DNA of 64,000 nucleotides from an uncultured Catenibacterium sp. (GTDB lineage Bacteria; Bacillota_I; Bacilli_A; Erysipelotrichales; Coprobacillaceae): NCBI RefSeq assembly GCF_934754625.1, contig NZ_CAKVIU010000001.1; one strand, 5' to 3'. Shown piece by piece: positions 62,590 to 64,000 of this stretch (position 1 is its first letter; each line of letters starts with the position of its first letter). The notes under the pieces were generated by a model. It saw only the letters and a program-made list of their open reading frames with translations, ran no database searches and was not told where the DNA came from. The position numbers and the translations under genes were made by a program.

Positions 62590-62936
62590 AACAACCTCTC
62601 TTTCATAATTAGTGACCACTAACTGAATTATATATTCTATTTGAAATATGTCAATACATTACTTATATCATGATTGATAATTCTAAAATGAAAAGTTAAA
62701 TTTCACTGTAAACAGGTCAAAGTTGTGTTTAGTCTTTCATGATTTTCTAGTTGATTGTCTGCAAGTATATAGTTATTGTGATGTCTGTTTCTTTATTCTA
62801 TGAAAGGTTAATTATTATGGCAAAATTAAATAAGAGTCTGTATCTAACAGGCGTTTTGTGATTGTATGTGTCATAAACCAACATATATAATATATATGAA
62901 GAGGTATTCCAATTGAATAAAGAAAGGAGAATAGTT

Positions 62937-63887
62937 ATGAAAAAGTTAATTCAATTGTTGGTGGTACTCTGTATTTTTGTAATAACGGGCTGTAAAACAA
63001 ATAAAGAACGTTATCTATCTATTACAACGAGTGGATATGATAAGAAAGGGAATGAAGTAATGAATATCTATGAATATTCATTATCTACTAAAAAAGTGAC
63101 TAAAAAGTATACTTCTTCTAATCCACTTGGTGTCTATTCTAAGTCTAATGATGCTATATATTATGCTGAAGAAGCTAATGGTAGTGATCATCTGTATGCT
63201 TATGATCTTGATACAAAGAAATCTAAAAAGTTATCTGGTGGATTAACCGCAATCAACAGAATTATTCCTGTAGAGAATAATATCTATGTACTAGGTGTAG
63301 AAAAAGGTGAAAGATCACTCAAGCCTTATCGCTATAATATAGAAACTAAGAAGTTCAGCAAAATAAAGGCAGAAGAGGATTTGGATTTTGATCATATGGT
63401 CTATGATGTTTTCAATCATAATTTATATCTATGTGCAAGTAATCAAAAAGAAGAAGATCAGGCATTAGAAGAAGCAAATGCGGGTAAGGGAAGTAAGTAT
63501 ATTGCACCTAATACGCATATTTACCGTTTAAAGAATAATCAACTCAAACGTATCTATTCTACAAATCGCAAGTTAGTCTATAGAATGCTTCCGATGGAAA
63601 GTGGAGATCTTACTTTCACTGAAAGTGACACCATTCCAGCTTGGAATCCTCAATATCATACATATACATTAGATACAAAAACAAATAAGAAGAAAGCAGG
63701 AATTAATATTGATGAAATTATGGATGTAACACAATATGTCTGCTTTAGTTCTTCTCATCAGATTATTCTTCTTGGTACCAAAGATGAACATCAAGGATTA
63801 TATACATATGATATTGATTCAGGTAAAACTGAATTATTGTATAAATCTAAAAATGAATTAATTAATAGTTTTGAATTATTAGAATAA
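62937..63887 (+). CDS. Hypothetical lipoprotein
   Basis: Lipobox ITGC. 316 aa with repeated Y..D..T/K..KKL-like strands, so possibly beta-propeller-like. AAAGGAG RBS. Confidence 0.5.
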   Translation: MKKLIQLLVVLCIFVITGCKTNKERYLSITTSGYDKKGNEVMNIYEYSLSTKKVTKKYTSSNPLGVYSKSNDAIYYAEEANGSDHLYAYDLDTKKSKKLSGGLTAINRIIPVENNIYVLGVEKGERSLKPYRYNIETKKFSKIKAEEDLDFDHMVYDVFNHNLYLCASNQKEEDQALEEANAGKGSKYIAPNTHIYRLKNNQLKRIYSTNRKLVYRMLPMESGDLTFTESDTIPAWNPQYHTYTLDTKTNKKKAGINIDEIMDVTQYVCFSSSHQIILLGTKDEHQGLYTYDIDSGKTELLYKSKNELINSFELLE

Positions 63888-63964
63888 ATGAAAATACCCA
63901 CAGCTTATTAACTGTGGGTATTTAAGTAATAAAAAAATAGACCTAAGTCTATCTTGTAATCGTA

Positions 63965-64000
63965 TGGAGCGGGTGATGGGAATCGAACCCACGTAGTCAG
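63965..64000 (-). tRNA. tRNA (3' part; likely tRNA-Gly), continues beyond window end
   Basis: Reverse-complement gives ...GTGGGTTCGATTCCCATCACCCGCTCCA: a T arm with a GTTCGATTC loop, a GCGGGTG-type acceptor and CCA. This resembles Bacillus-type tRNA-Gly 3' ends. The anticodon lies outside the window. Confidence 0.55.

Noticed and set aside
50653-62900. Integrase/transposase or attachment-site repeats marking a mobile island
   Set aside because: No recombinase-like ORF (no tyrosine-recombinase R..H..R..Y or DDE motifs) and no duplicated tRNA 3' segment occur within the window. Island status stays an inference from tRNA flanking and base composition.

Overview
This is an AT-rich, low-GC Firmicutes-type chromosomal segment with densely packed, mostly uninterrupted genes and no CRISPR array, transposase or integrase. 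All annotations come from reading the six-frame translations and motifs directly; no database or HMM searches were run.

The first ~50 kb reads as ordinary chromosome:
- the 5' part of rnr (continues beyond the window start), secG and a WecA/TagO-like glycosyltransferase;
- a sugar-phosphate island with a DUF871/MupG-like hydrolase, an alpha-glucoside-type PTS EIICB, a GH4 6-phospho-alpha-glucosidase, EIIA-Glc, a GH1 6-phospho-beta-glucosidase and three RpiR regulators;
- a peptidase island with pcp and its DUF969/DUF979 partner membrane proteins;
- a membrane-anchored XRE regulator flanked by a duplicated ~43-bp element, then an aldo/keto reductase with a ferredoxin-like Cys cluster, a HAD hydrolase, a RelB-like antitoxin remnant, an Fe-type alcohol dehydrogenase and a NUDIX hydrolase;
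- a T-box-controlled metNIQ operon followed by a GAF (fRMsr-like) protein, kptA, a FeoA-FeoB fusion and zupT;
- an Ig-repeat surface protein, a P-type Ca2+-ATPase, and a divergent dtxR next to a feoA-feoA-feoB operon that ends in two FeoB-associated Cys-rich peptides (one fused to an HMA domain) and a mini-rubredoxin;
- a T-box-controlled argGHCJB operon, an amidase_3 lipoprotein with KKLEEQKK repeats, ttcA-like and tcdA-like genes, and a DJ-1 protein.

The last ~13 kb, between tRNA-Glu(UUC) and a partial tRNA-Gly at the window end, is an even more AT-rich accessory region. Its core is four MacB-type fused ABC transporters (NBD, then TM1, a large extracytoplasmic domain and three C-terminal TMs), arranged as two overlapping, translationally coupled pairs. 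These pairs bracket two divergent genes for Sec-signal secreted proteins (127 aa and 251 aa), the latter coupled to a 55-aa two-TM peptide. A 33-aa peptide ORF with a near-perfect Shine-Dalgarno sequence lies just upstream. I interpret this as a candidate, apparently undescribed, secreted protein-toxin or bacteriocin production and immunity locus, possibly Lcn972-like. That assignment is an inference from architecture, not from homology.
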